From an uncultured Lentimicrobiaceae bacterium (GTDB taxonomy: Bacteria > Bacteroidota > Bacteroidia > Bacteroidales > JAGONC01), in contig CAZVNP010000005.1 in the NCBI GenBank assembly GCA_964628285.1, positions 902 through 64,901 of the forward strand: a DNA stretch of 64,000 bases, written 5' to 3'. The notes beneath the pieces were generated by a model. The model had not been told where the DNA came from and made no database searches. It saw nothing but the letters and a program-made list of their open reading frames with translations. Of this stretch, positions 29,853 through 40,566 are shown one piece after another (position 1 is the stretch's first letter; the number at the start of each line of letters is the position of its first letter). The position numbers and the translations under genes were made by a program.

Positions 29853-30785
29853 ATGAAAACAAATACCAGAACCATCCTATTAATTTTCGCGAGCCTATTG
29901 CTGTCCTTTTCTTATTACAGTACAGGATATTCACAAAATAAAGTTATTCAGGATTCAATAAAGGACATCTTTCCTCCGGTGACTATCCCAAATACCGAAT
30001 TAAGAACATTGCATTCAAACCTGATGGATGTGGACTTTAACCTGTATATTAAACTACCGGCGGGTTATCTTCCTGATACGGGACAGGTTTATCCTGTATG
30101 GTACTTCACAGATGCTAACCGGGCATTCCCGCTGGTTGCAAACATTGCCTCCCTCATGGAATTCCCGAAATCGGATGTCAGGGACATGGTCATCGTAAAT
30201 ATAGGCTATCCCATCCGTGATATGAGTGACTGGGCAGCCTGGCGCACGAGGGACCTGACATCAACAAATATTCCGAGGGTTGATTCGAGCTGGAACAGCA
30301 CTCTGAAGGAAATGACAGGCCGCACCTATGATGTGAAGTCAGGCGGCGCCCCTCTCTTCCTGGAATTCATCATTAATGAACTCTTTCCGTTCATCGAAGC
30401 CAATTACAGGGTATCGTCCGACAGAGGCCTGGGAGGTTATTCATATGGTGGTCTGTTCACATTCTATGCCCTCTTTAAGCACCCGGAGGCCTTCAGCCGG
30501 TATTATGCCGGGAGTCCTTCACTGGCCTGGGATAAAGGTGTCCTCTTCCGGTATGAGGAGGAATATGCAGCCTCCCATGATAACCTAAACGCCAGAGTCT
30601 TTATGAGTATCGGTAAGGAAGAAGGCGAGAAATCGATCGCAAACTTGCAAAAAATGAACGACCAGCTTTTGTCACGCAATTACCCGGGTTTGACTATCCA
30701 GTTTTACACCTTTCCCGATATGGAGCACCGGTCCTGCGTCCCCGCATCCGTCATGAGGGCATTCCTGGTTCTGTATACCGAATGA
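29853..30785 (+). CDS. Secreted alpha/beta hydrolase (IroE/esterase-like)
   Basis: Signal peptide, YPVWYFTD, RTRDLT, GGAPLFLEFI, nucleophile GYSYGG, AGSPS, EH. Confidence 0.88.
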   Translation: MKTNTRTILLIFASLLLSFSYYSTGYSQNKVIQDSIKDIFPPVTIPNTELRTLHSNLMDVDFNLYIKLPAGYLPDTGQVYPVWYFTDANRAFPLVANIASLMEFPKSDVRDMVIVNIGYPIRDMSDWAAWRTRDLTSTNIPRVDSSWNSTLKEMTGRTYDVKSGGAPLFLEFIINELFPFIEANYRVSSDRGLGGYSYGGLFTFYALFKHPEAFSRYYAGSPSLAWDKGVLFRYEEEYAASHDNLNARVFMSIGKEEGEKSIANLQKMNDQLLSRNYPGLTIQFYTFPDMEHRSCVPASVMRAFLVLYTE

Positions 30786-30842
30786 CAAAAACAGATTCCC
30801 TTATTCTTACATAATATGTGATCCTTATTCTTTTAATCTTGT

Positions 30843-33506
30843 TCAGCGTATCAGCACTTTCCGGTAAACGATCACATCGTCCAACAACAGCTTTAATATA
30901 TAAATGTTGTGTTTTAAACCTGAGACATTAATATAGAATTCATTACCCACAGTGCAGGCATCTCGCTTCACAATCATCCCATTAACATTGATCAATTCAT
31001 ACGACCGGACAGGAGAAAGTGATGAAACAAAAATCCGTTTATCCGCTGGAACAGGATAGACGTTTATATAAGATAAGTCAGGTTTGTTTTCATGAGGTAC
31101 ACCATAATCAGATAGACCGTTTCCGGTGACCGGTATTGATATAACGGGATTGACCGTATCGTTGCTGTAAATGGATATGACACCGTTATAATGTTTCACT
31201 TCTTCAGGATAGAAACGGACATAAACAGTCAGGTCGTGCTTTCCGACGACTTCCAGACCGGTCAGTATCTGAACGAAGTTACTGTCTGTCTCCAGCAGAC
31301 TGAATGCCCCGGTAGAGGTGATCGAATCAAGTATTAGCAGATCTATCCCTGAGTTGATTATATTGAATGAATCAACACAGAAATGGAAGACCACACAGTC
31401 ATTAAAATTCAACGTATCTACACTAACCACAATAACGGGCGGGCCGGGGACCTGGTATTCGTAGGCCCCGATGTCAATATTACCGGCAAAAATTCTTGGC
31501 AGGCTGTCCAGATCGACCGGGGGTAAATTCAAACCCGTTGTATCGGGATTACCGGCGTTGATGGCAGGGCTGTTGGCTGAAAGCCGGTAATTGGTATCGG
31601 CGAGAAAGGCCGGATCTACTCCGGTCAGGTTATTATGCCCGGTCAGATTGCCCTCAGGGAGATATTGGATCAGGGAATAAAAGGCAGTGATGTTTCCGCC
31701 AAGGTCATCACCGTCGGGATAAGAGTCGGAATTATTCAGTGCGACGATGGTGTTATCGAGGCGTACCTCTCCTGACATGGCTATAATTCCTCCCCCAAGG
31801 CTATTCCTCCTAACAATGTTTTCAGTATCATTCTCATTTTTGCAACTGTTATTGGCAATGGTGCAATTCACCAGCCATGAGGTGCTATTTTCACTGCATA
31901 TCCCGCCCCCGTTGCCTGATATTGTTTCGTCGGGCAGAGGTCCTTCGCCGGTTTTATTTCCCGCCACCAGGCTAGTGATCATCGTAAGCGGGCCTGTGTT
32001 GTCGACAGCACCACCACTTCCACCATCTCCTGATAAATTGTAATAACTACCACCTGCGGCCAGTCCCCCGTCACCTGTCAGATTACCGAACAAGTTGGAC
32101 AGACTGATCTTGCATATTCCTGAGTTATCTATAGCACCACCGGTACCGCCACTTCCTGCTGTTGCTGATTCCCCCGAATTGGCTGATGCCCCGTCACCTG
32201 TCAGATTACCGGAAAGGTAAGAAAGACTGAAGGTGCAGGTTCCTGAGTTATAAACAGCTCCACCATTACCGCCAAATCCTGCTCTACTCACAGCGCCTCC
32301 AGCGCTGCATGCAGCTGATCCCCCCTTACCTGTTAGATTACTGGACATAAAAGACAGGCTGGAGTTGCATGTCCCTGAGTTGTAAATGGCGCCTCCATCA
32401 CCACCATTACCTGCATCTGCGATGTACCCAGCAGAAGCTCCTTTTCCATTACTTGTCAGGTTATGGGTTAAAAAAGACTGATAAATATTGCATGTCCCTG
32501 AGTTATAAATAGCGCCACCATTACCGCCATTTCCTGAGGATGATCCACTAATATACCCATAACCTGATCCTCCTTCACCCGTCATATTATTGGACATGAC
32601 AGAAAGGCTTAAATTGCATGTTCCTAAGTTGTAAATGGCGCCACCATCACCACCATTTCCTCCGTAACCATGCATATCCGATGATGCATTGCCACCATGG
32701 TCGGTATAGTTATAACCAAATGAACTTTTAAGAATAATCATATCACCGGCATTGTATACAGCGCCCCCTTTTCCGGCATCTCCAGCTACAGCAGACTCAT
32801 GATATTCACTGCCACAATTCCCTCCTGCCCCGGTACTATTAGAGTCAACATCACTTTCCTCTATTGACAGAAAGCCATTGTTATATATCCCACCCCCGTT
32901 ACCGCCATTACGGGCATCGTGGTCAGGTGTATATCCACCGGCACCTTTACCTGTATGATTATTCTTTATTTCACAATTCAATATGATGAGGTTCCCACTA
33001 TTAAAAATTCCGCCTCCGTTGCCTCCGTTACCAGTCACATTGTTATAATAAGATCCATCACCTGCTTTATTATTCTCCACGCTGCAATCATGCATCACCA
33101 CAGTGCCTTGATCGATCGAAATTCCGCCACCCGGTTTAACATAGGCGCTATCGGGTGTGGCACCATAATGAATATGAAGCCCCTGAAGAAAAACCGAATC
33201 GCTTTCGTTTTGAAGGTCCACATGGATGATCCGGAACCTCAGGGAAGTATTAATCGTGTCACGAATAATGGAAACACTGTCGCCAATGATATTCAATGGC
33301 TTATTGATCAATAACTCACCGGACGTCAGATAAATCGTGTCGACAGATCCGGTAAATTCAATCGTATCGCCAGGGTTGGCATAAGCAATCAAGGAACGCA
33401 GGGTTCCGCTGCCATCATCACCGTTATCGTTGACTGTCAAAACATTCTGGGAATAAGACAGGCAGGCGGAAATGACTGCAAAAAACAAGGGTAATAGTTT
33501 TTTCAT
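30843..33506 (-). CDS. T9SS-secreted Gly-rich repeat surface protein (beta-helix, choice-of-anchor Q-like, Ig-like domain, type A CTD)
   Basis: DDGSGTLR start, GGxGGAIYN repeats, LSANSPAINAG...PR...IDIGAYE, CTD VYPVPA...YILKL...RKVLIR. Confidence 0.85.
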   Translation of the reverse strand: MKKLLPLFFAVISACLSYSQNVLTVNDNGDDGSGTLRSLIAYANPGDTIEFTGSVDTIYLTSGELLINKPLNIIGDSVSIIRDTINTSLRFRIIHVDLQNESDSVFLQGLHIHYGATPDSAYVKPGGGISIDQGTVVMHDCSVENNKAGDGSYYNNVTGNGGNGGGIFNSGNLIILNCEIKNNHTGKGAGGYTPDHDARNGGNGGGIYNNGFLSIEESDVDSNSTGAGGNCGSEYHESAVAGDAGKGGAVYNAGDMIILKSSFGYNYTDHGGNASSDMHGYGGNGGDGGAIYNLGTCNLSLSVMSNNMTGEGGSGYGYISGSSSGNGGNGGAIYNSGTCNIYQSFLTHNLTSNGKGASAGYIADAGNGGDGGAIYNSGTCNSSLSFMSSNLTGKGGSAACSAGGAVSRAGFGGNGGAVYNSGTCTFSLSYLSGNLTGDGASANSGESATAGSGGTGGAIDNSGICKISLSNLFGNLTGDGGLAAGGSYYNLSGDGGSGGAVDNTGPLTMITSLVAGNKTGEGPLPDETISGNGGGICSENSTSWLVNCTIANNSCKNENDTENIVRRNSLGGGIIAMSGEVRLDNTIVALNNSDSYPDGDDLGGNITAFYSLIQYLPEGNLTGHNNLTGVDPAFLADTNYRLSANSPAINAGNPDTTGLNLPPVDLDSLPRIFAGNIDIGAYEYQVPGPPVIVVSVDTLNFNDCVVFHFCVDSFNIINSGIDLLILDSITSTGAFSLLETDSNFVQILTGLEVVGKHDLTVYVRFYPEEVKHYNGVISIYSNDTVNPVISIPVTGNGLSDYGVPHENKPDLSYINVYPVPADKRIFVSSLSPVRSYELINVNGMIVKRDACTVGNEFYINVSGLKHNIYILKLLLDDVIVYRKVLIR
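31900..33030 (-). repeat. About 9-10 internal repeats of ~41-45 aa (GxGGxGGAIYNxGxC...NxTGxG)
   Basis: Visible in protein and DNA, e.g. CCCCGTCACCTGTCAGATTACCG occurs twice near 32066 and 32189. Confidence 0.85.
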
Positions 33507-33534
33507 ATAATAGATTCTTAACCATCTTTAATAG

Positions 33535-33542
33535 CAAATATA
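33535..33542 (-). promoter_or_regulatory. Bacteroidota -7 promoter element (TATATTTG)
   Basis: TAnnTTTG match upstream of ATG 33506. Confidence 0.45.
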
Positions 33543-33887
33543 TTCATAAAAAATTAATAAAGCAACTTAATAATAAAAAATTTCATAAGACCGGTAAACA
33601 GGTCACCGTACCATCTTAGGAGAGATTCTGAAGTTGGATCAAGAGTTCAATTTCTCACAGATTTCTCAGCTTTACACAGACCGGCCAACAGCTACCTTCA
33701 CGGTTTGTTGTTGTCCAGGTTTCCATAAGTGTAAAAGTTCTGAGCGTCGACAAGCCATTACAAATCATCTATTCTTCCCAAACGACAGCCATCTGTTCGT
33801 CATTACTTCTGTCCATTCTCAGGGTTGACTTACTGACAAATAAGGCCGAATCCTGGTTCCCTTTCACTGCCAGATGTTCATTGTCCA

Positions 33888-36719
33888 TCAATCCATGACC
33901 ACCACCTTTACCATTTTTATTATACCGTTTACCGTCGCTTTCACGAGATACATCCCCGGCGTCAGTCCGGAGGCATCGAGGGTAAGGTCAAATGTTCCCT
34001 GCGAGCGGTTCTTGCGGAATAGGTTTCTGACCATTTGTCCCTTAGAGTTGAGCAAGCTAATTTCCACCAATCCGGGATGGTCAAGGCTTACCTCGATAGT
34101 CGTCATATCTCTGATGGGGTTGGGATAGCACGACAGCGTGATGCTGTTGGTTCCGTTAATCTCTCCGGTGGCTGCACTGGGGTCGTAATAGGTGCTGTAC
34201 AGTCCGTTACCCTGTGTAGCCACGGCGACGAATCCATCCGATTCCCGTGCGTCGATCATATCCACCATGATATTACCGATGGATTCCGGTCCTTCCTGTG
34301 ACCACACTGTGGCGTTGCCGTTCAGTGTGGTGGTGGAATAGAGTCCGACGCTGGTCCCTGCAAAATAAACCGTGTGGTTATCATAATGCAATGTCTTAAC
34401 CCACCGCACGGAAGGCCCCGCGCCGGTGCCGTCGGGATATTGCTCAAGGTTGCCGCTGACATGGCTCCAGGTGGTGCCCCCGTCGGCCGTGTAATAGATG
34501 CTTTGAATGCCATAATTGGAGAAAACGGTGAAGAGTTTCTCGGCGTCATCCTGATCCACATCGAGGCAGGCTACATAGGCATCGTAGGGAAAATCGGCAC
34601 CGGTCACCTCCACCGGCACCGGGTCGCCGGTACTGGCATTGTCGATGCGGTAAACATGACCGTTGTTGGTGCCGATGTAGAGACGGTGCGGGGGGTTGAG
34701 AGAGATACCCAGAGCCGTGATCTCGACCGATTCACTGAGGTTCACCTGATTCAGCCTGCTCCATCCGGCGTTCCGGAGTGACGTATCATAGGCTGCCGCC
34801 TGCATGTTGTCTTTACGCCACAGACTGTTGATAGTCGGTATGAAGAACGTTTGATTGTTTGCGGGATCCAGGATAAAGTCACAGTAAAAGGGAAAGATGG
34901 GATTGGAACCGATGGTCGGATCATAAAAGATGAGAAGCGTGTCAGGGGTTTGATAGAAGATATTTTTGGTGTGGCCGTTTTCATCAAACTGGTGTGTCCA
35001 GATGTTACCGCTGTAAGCTGAGATGATGGCATAGTCGCGGTCATCGGCGATGCGGGCCGAGAAGCCGTCATAATAGAGGTCCACGCTCTGGAACCAGTAA
35101 TCGCCCGGAGCATCGGTCAAGGTATAATACCAGTTGTTATCCTGCAGCCCTCCCAGGATAATGTTATCGCTGTTACCCGCGTGATCGATAGCTACGGAAT
35201 AAAACTGTGAGGTGCACAGGTAGTCATTCAGGCGGTTCCAGAACACATCGCCGGCGAGACAATCGTCGGTGTACACGATGCCGCCGTCGCAGGCCACATA
35301 GAGTTTATCGGGATTTGAGGGATAGAAGGCGAAGGCATGAATATCGGGGTGCAGAAGATGGATGGAATCCATGTCGTAAGGGTCACCGCCTATCCTGGCG
35401 GTATGAAGGGTGTCGAGGAAAGCGGTGGTGGTGCGGAAGAGACTCATCCCCCCAATGAAGACCACGTTTTCATCATCGGGTTTCACGCCCAAGGTGAAGG
35501 TATAACCACCATAGGATATGAACGAGTTGGGATAGCTCAGGAAATCACCATGGCCGTTGCCAAACATGTTGGCAGTGCGGTTTTCCCATATCCCTGAATC
35601 GGCCTGGGGCATGTAGGTATATTTATAAAAGTAGTTATCCGAATTAAAAATGCCGGAATAGGGCACATGTATTTCGGAAGGTTTTTCAGTCATCAGGTAG
35701 ACGACGTTCTCGTTGGAGGGTGCGATGGCAATTTGCAACCGGCGGTACAAGTCGGGAAAATCAGGCGGTGTGATGTTGGTCCAGTGCAGCCCGTCGACGG
35801 AGCGCCAGATGCCGGCTTTCTGCGGCCGCATGATGGAGGTGGTGTAAGAACTCAGGGCCGCATACAGAACACCATCGGAGGTGATGGCTATATCGGTGGC
35901 GAAGGATTTATTGGTCAGGTCGCCGAGGGTGATGTTCCATGTGGCTCCGCCGTCGTCCGACCGCATGATGGCGCCATAACAGGCGGCATAGACCACATCT
36001 TTATCGGCTATCGTGGGATATGTTACTATGCGCCAGACGCCCTGAAAGACTTTCTCCAGTGTGCCCTGCGTCCCGCCCTGTGTGGCCGGCAGGGCCTGCC
36101 AGGTCTCACCGTTGTCGGTCGACTTGAAGATGCCGTTACCAATGCCGATGGTGCGGACGTTAGTGCTGACATTGCGTTCGGTGGTGCTGAGGATCTCGCC
36201 TGTTCCGTAATACCAGGTACCGGTCTTTCCGGGTCTTTTATCCTGTGCCAGTGCTGTGGCGCTTTGTTCCACGTTGGGTGGCGTCACTTTGTACCACACC
36301 TCACCTCCGGTGGTGGTACGCCACATGCCGCCGGAGGCGCTGCCGGCGAGCATGATGTCACTGTCCTGCACATCGAAGGCGACGCACAGCATCCTGCCCC
36401 CAACATTAAAAGGTCCTCTGAGCTCCCATACCTGTGACCGCCCGGAGGGATCCTTTTTAGGCAATGAGGAGGCATAAGCCAGTTCATCGGCCTTGATGTT
36501 GTCAGGAACGGCATTTGTCCGGGGATTCCTTGTTTTTTCGAACTCATACTGAGCGTTATACAAGGCAAAATCGCCCCGCGACATGCTTTTCAGTTCATGG
36601 GTGATTTCCTTTGACATCCCGGTTTCAGCTTTCCTGACGGGATGATTTGAGAAACAGAGATAGCAAAACCCCGCCACAACAAGTAATGCAGTGGACAATA
36701 AATAGTAACCCTTTTTCAT
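33888..36719 (-). CDS. T9SS-secreted BNR/Asp-box (VPS10/YCF48-like) beta-propeller protein
   Basis: RGPFNVGGR, repeated SxDxGxTW, HPDIH, GGLQDN, ATQGNG, CTD YPNP...GMYLVK. Confidence 0.88.
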   Translation of the reverse strand: MKKGYYLLSTALLVVAGFCYLCFSNHPVRKAETGMSKEITHELKSMSRGDFALYNAQYEFEKTRNPRTNAVPDNIKADELAYASSLPKKDPSGRSQVWELRGPFNVGGRMLCVAFDVQDSDIMLAGSASGGMWRTTTGGEVWYKVTPPNVEQSATALAQDKRPGKTGTWYYGTGEILSTTERNVSTNVRTIGIGNGIFKSTDNGETWQALPATQGGTQGTLEKVFQGVWRIVTYPTIADKDVVYAACYGAIMRSDDGGATWNITLGDLTNKSFATDIAITSDGVLYAALSSYTTSIMRPQKAGIWRSVDGLHWTNITPPDFPDLYRRLQIAIAPSNENVVYLMTEKPSEIHVPYSGIFNSDNYFYKYTYMPQADSGIWENRTANMFGNGHGDFLSYPNSFISYGGYTFTLGVKPDDENVVFIGGMSLFRTTTAFLDTLHTARIGGDPYDMDSIHLLHPDIHAFAFYPSNPDKLYVACDGGIVYTDDCLAGDVFWNRLNDYLCTSQFYSVAIDHAGNSDNIILGGLQDNNWYYTLTDAPGDYWFQSVDLYYDGFSARIADDRDYAIISAYSGNIWTHQFDENGHTKNIFYQTPDTLLIFYDPTIGSNPIFPFYCDFILDPANNQTFFIPTINSLWRKDNMQAAAYDTSLRNAGWSRLNQVNLSESVEITALGISLNPPHRLYIGTNNGHVYRIDNASTGDPVPVEVTGADFPYDAYVACLDVDQDDAEKLFTVFSNYGIQSIYYTADGGTTWSHVSGNLEQYPDGTGAGPSVRWVKTLHYDNHTVYFAGTSVGLYSTTTLNGNATVWSQEGPESIGNIMVDMIDARESDGFVAVATQGNGLYSTYYDPSAATGEINGTNSITLSCYPNPIRDMTTIEVSLDHPGLVEISLLNSKGQMVRNLFRKNRSQGTFDLTLDASGLTPGMYLVKATVNGIIKMVKVVVMD

Positions 36720-36805
36720 GATATGAAATTAAAGTTTGAAATGGCTAAAATACGGGGATTTTGCAAGAAAATCAAATTTATTGATGGGCGAAGATCATCA
36801 TGACT

Positions 36806-38473
36806 TTACTTACAGATCTTTCTGAGGTTCTCAATAGCTGCTTTAGACTGTGCGTCATCAGGATCTATCTGAAGGATTTTTCCCCAATATTCCAGCGATT
36901 TGGAGAAATTCGCTTTCGCATCTGCCGGATGTGTCTTATATTCATTATCCCCAAGGACGAAGTAATAATAGGCCAGATACCGGTAACATTCCTCAATCCA
37001 TTGTTGATTTCGGGTTATATTTCCTGAAAGCAGAACCGAAAGGGCTTTTTCATAATATGGTTTGGCGAGGCCCTGGGTGGTTTCAGGATCCAGCTTTGAC
37101 AAACATCTTGCCTCCCAAATATACCCGATATACGAGGCAGAATCCAGTTTTGTCAGGATAGCGAATGAACTGTCTGCGTTTTTATAATATTCCTGTTTTT
37201 CAGATAGATCTTTGGGGAGGGTATCCTGCTCAGCCGCCAGATAATACTCCCGTCCAATCAGGTACACGATGTTGAACGCCGATCCCGGATTATATTTGAG
37301 CAGTTCCCTGTACACCGCAATGGCATCAATATGCCGGCCTGTTTTGGAATCGATTCTGGCGATTTCATTGTACAGGTCATGCTGTGTTGAATCCAGTTCA
37401 ATGGCTTTCTTCAGTGCCACGGCTCCTGCCGAGTCGTGGTCATTAAGGATCAGAAGCCTTCCGTAATAAACATAATCAAGGGCCAATGCCTTCAGGGTAT
37501 CACGGGTATTAAAGAAAGTTTGCATATCCTGTAATCCCCTGGCATAATCACCGGTCTCATAATCAAGATAGGCACGTAAACGATACAGTAAAGGCATGTC
37601 AGGGTATACTTTGATCACATCATCCAAAAGGGTCTTAGCCTTCATATAATCCTTGTTAAAGAACAGGATGAAGGCATATTCCTCCTCATCAAGTGGATTA
37701 TACTCTGCCCTGGATATATAAATGTCATAATATTGCTTAGCCAGTTTATATTGGGCATTCTTATAATAAATATCCCCGAGATACTTATAGGCAATAATTT
37801 GTGAACTGTCACAGGCTATGGTGGAATTAAAGGTCGCTATTGCATCCCGGTAATCACGGGCGCCGATGTATAACTTACCTAATTTCAAATAGGCTTCAAT
37901 GTTCTTCTTATCATAATAAATGGCATTTTCATATTCGTTAGCCGCTTCGCCGAGAGTTTTTTTTAATTGATCATAGTCACCCAATGCAATAAAATAACCC
38001 GGATTATTGGGACTGATATCTGCCGATTTATCAAGATATGTCATAGCCGTTTCAAAATCTTTTACCCGGCTCGCCAGGCAGGCCTCCGCAACCTCGTTGT
38101 AATAGCCGGCATTGTCTCTGGCCAGCTTTTTTCCTTCTTCGAAATGCCCCAGTGCACCGGATGTATCGCCTTTGTTTAAAAGGATCTTACCGATACCGAT
38201 GTAGTTTAAAGGCTCCTCTTTATTGGCAGCAAGTCCCTTTTTGTAATAATAATCGGCTGAGTCTGGCTTGCCGTTCAGGAAGCAAATCTGACCGAGGTAA
38301 AAATCAGCCCGGGCATCCGAAGGATCTTTCGTAACAAGCGAATCAAAAATATTCCAGGCCCTCTTGTACTGCTCCTGGAATAAATACCATTTACCTTTCC
38401 GGATATCCTGCGCCTGGCTCACATGAAGAGTGCACAGCATCATAACGGCCAACAGGTAAAATCCGTTTTTCAT
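36806..38473 (-). CDS. Tetratricopeptide repeat protein (periplasmic)
   Basis: Signal peptide, many TPR-like helices, LDPETTQGLAKPYYEK. Confidence 0.88.
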   Translation of the reverse strand: MKNGFYLLAVMMLCTLHVSQAQDIRKGKWYLFQEQYKRAWNIFDSLVTKDPSDARADFYLGQICFLNGKPDSADYYYKKGLAANKEEPLNYIGIGKILLNKGDTSGALGHFEEGKKLARDNAGYYNEVAEACLASRVKDFETAMTYLDKSADISPNNPGYFIALGDYDQLKKTLGEAANEYENAIYYDKKNIEAYLKLGKLYIGARDYRDAIATFNSTIACDSSQIIAYKYLGDIYYKNAQYKLAKQYYDIYISRAEYNPLDEEEYAFILFFNKDYMKAKTLLDDVIKVYPDMPLLYRLRAYLDYETGDYARGLQDMQTFFNTRDTLKALALDYVYYGRLLILNDHDSAGAVALKKAIELDSTQHDLYNEIARIDSKTGRHIDAIAVYRELLKYNPGSAFNIVYLIGREYYLAAEQDTLPKDLSEKQEYYKNADSSFAILTKLDSASYIGYIWEARCLSKLDPETTQGLAKPYYEKALSVLLSGNITRNQQWIEECYRYLAYYYFVLGDNEYKTHPADAKANFSKSLEYWGKILQIDPDDAQSKAAIENLRKICK

Positions 38474-38548
38474 TTCTGGATCGGTTAATATGATGCCGGA
38501 AGAGCATGTTCAATAAGCCGAATTGGCTCGTCCGGTTAAAAATTTCAT

Positions 38549-39493
38549 TTACCAGTCCTGTGTGATCTTGACCAGACGCACCGGCATGGTGGCCGGAACA
38601 AGACCGGCTCTCAGGATGATTCGCTGTCCTTTATCGCTTGCCAGGAACGTCATGAACCCGGTGGCCAGGCCATTTCTGGGCTCCGTATCGATGGCATAGA
38701 TAAAACGTACCAGCGGGTATGAACCATTAAATATATAAGCCTGATAGGGTTGATAACTGTTGTCAGGAGTAGCCGTCTCCTCTTTTGACAACGCGACTAC
38801 CCTGATTTTTTTAAAAAATGATAACTGTGTGCTGTCACTATGATCATTGATCCAGCTTACACCTGTAAATCCAAGAGCATTAATGTTCCGGGCGACGTAG
38901 CTAACGACATCCATATTGGAATCAAGTGCATACAGATGATCCGATAACTTCATCCCCCGGCATATCGAATCGGCAGCATATCTGACCGTGCCGGAATTGA
39001 TATTGTCAAATACCACTTCTATCCTTTCCAGACCGGACCGCGGATTGAGCTGACCCCATTGGGTCAATTCCCCGGTAAGGATCATTTGGAGTTGTTTCAT
39101 CGTAATCAGGCTATCCTCATTTGCAGGATTGACAATCAGTGCAACGGCGTCTTCAGCCAACCTGGCTTCCCTGGGATACAGTTTTTTTTGTTCAAAATAT
39201 TCCTTTTCTTTTGTGCTCAGGGGTCGGGAGACAATAATCAACTGGACGCTATCCTGAAAAAGATAATTAAAGGCATCATTTTCAGGAAGATATAAGGGAG
39301 TTATCCGGGCATCAACATACATATTCTGAAAAACTGTCAGTTCTGCATCTATGACAGGTCTGGAGGTTTCGTCTGCACCAATCCTGATAACGCCTGTTGT
39401 GGGAGTCTCCATCCCGGGATTATGACCGGCGCCCCGACAACCTGCAATGAGCAGGAAAACACAAATAAGTATACAAATCTTATGATCGTTCAT
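38549..39493 (-). CDS. PstS-like substrate-binding lipoprotein
   Basis: Lipobox IAG-C, DAVALIVNP, FDNINSGTVRY, YPLVR, GFMTFLASDKGQRII. Confidence 0.85.
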   Translation of the reverse strand: MNDHKICILICVFLLIAGCRGAGHNPGMETPTTGVIRIGADETSRPVIDAELTVFQNMYVDARITPLYLPENDAFNYLFQDSVQLIIVSRPLSTKEKEYFEQKKLYPREARLAEDAVALIVNPANEDSLITMKQLQMILTGELTQWGQLNPRSGLERIEVVFDNINSGTVRYAADSICRGMKLSDHLYALDSNMDVVSYVARNINALGFTGVSWINDHSDSTQLSFFKKIRVVALSKEETATPDNSYQPYQAYIFNGSYPLVRFIYAIDTEPRNGLATGFMTFLASDKGQRIILRAGLVPATMPVRLVKITQDW

Positions 39494-39710
39494 CCCGTAT
39501 CAACTTATAAGTTCTGTAAGCTCTTAAAATTCCATATGATATAAACAGGATACCGCAAACAAGTCGGGTAGACCTATTCAACCAACGGATACTCCCCTCG
39601 GATAGAATCAGCCAGATGCCAAATCCAAGGTATACTACCGGCATAATAATTCCATAAAACTTGGTAAAAGTTATGGATTTAATTTTATCATCCGGCCGCC
39701 GGTTATCCAT
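39480..39710 (-). CDS. Small two-TM membrane protein
   Basis: YLGFGIWL...LFISYGILRAYR; overlaps both neighbours. Confidence 0.75.
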   Translation of the reverse strand: MDNRRPDDKIKSITFTKFYGIIMPVVYLGFGIWLILSEGSIRWLNRSTRLVCGILFISYGILRAYRTYKLIRDERS

Positions 39711-40537
39711 TATTGACTACGTAATGTAAATGTAACAGGAATATTGAAATAAACAGGCACGGGCACCCCGTTTTGTCTGCCGGGTATCCAATCGGGCATG
39801 CTCATGACCACACGCAAGGCTTCCTCGTCACATCCTCCGCCTATACCCCTTAACACCTTGGCATCTCTTATTTTACCATCTTTACCGACAATAAATTGGA
39901 CATAGACAGTACCCTGAATATCATTTATCCGGGCCATTTCAGGGTAATGAATATTTTTCTCAAGAAATTTATGCATGGCATTCAGTCCGCCAGGGAAATT
40001 TGGCATCTGTTCCACAAACGTATATGGTTGATTTTCCTGGCCTGTTACCTGCTGTTGCTGCTGTGGAACGGTGGTGGGTATGACTGCCGTGACATCATTT
40101 GTTCCCTTGTTGAAATTAATGGTTCCGATAGCCGCCTTGCTTGCAATCACTTCCTGCTGTGTTTTTGGCTGTTCCACTTCCCTGACTTCTTCATCAGGTT
40201 TGATGACAGGTGCCGTGAACTTGATGACATTTCTCAGGGCCGGGGGAGGGGGCGGTAATTCCTTGACGATTTCATTCACCTTTTCGTTTGGTTTTTCCAT
40301 GTTGATATTGGACAGAACCCTGACCGATACCTCCTTCTCCACAGTCTCCGGAACGATTTTTTTTATAATATCGGGCGCGATGCAGATAATCGTAAAGAGC
40401 ACTACCGCAACTAACAAGGCAAGGGCATGCCATTTGGCCGAATGCTCCCTGAGGCTGAAGGCACCATATTCACGGTTCCTTTTTTCGAAGACCAGGTCGC
40501 ACCATTCATCTGAAAATATATTGTCCCTGTAAGCCAT
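39710..40537 (-). CDS. tonB: Energy transducer TonB
   Basis: VFEKRNREYGA, TM helix, PPPPP, IKFTAP, C-terminal MPNFPGG...YP...GTVYVQF...DEEALRVV. Confidence 0.92.
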   Translation of the reverse strand: MAYRDNIFSDEWCDLVFEKRNREYGAFSLREHSAKWHALALLVAVVLFTIICIAPDIIKKIVPETVEKEVSVRVLSNINMEKPNEKVNEIVKELPPPPPALRNVIKFTAPVIKPDEEVREVEQPKTQQEVIASKAAIGTINFNKGTNDVTAVIPTTVPQQQQQVTGQENQPYTFVEQMPNFPGGLNAMHKFLEKNIHYPEMARINDIQGTVYVQFIVGKDGKIRDAKVLRGIGGGCDEEALRVVMSMPDWIPGRQNGVPVPVYFNIPVTFTLRSQ

Positions 40538-40566
40538 TTAAATTTTTAAAGATTAAAACCGTTTTA

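Noticed and set aside
33600-33880. Possible gene or transposase remnant between the T9SS cargo genes
   Set aside because: No convincing motif in the frames translated by hand.
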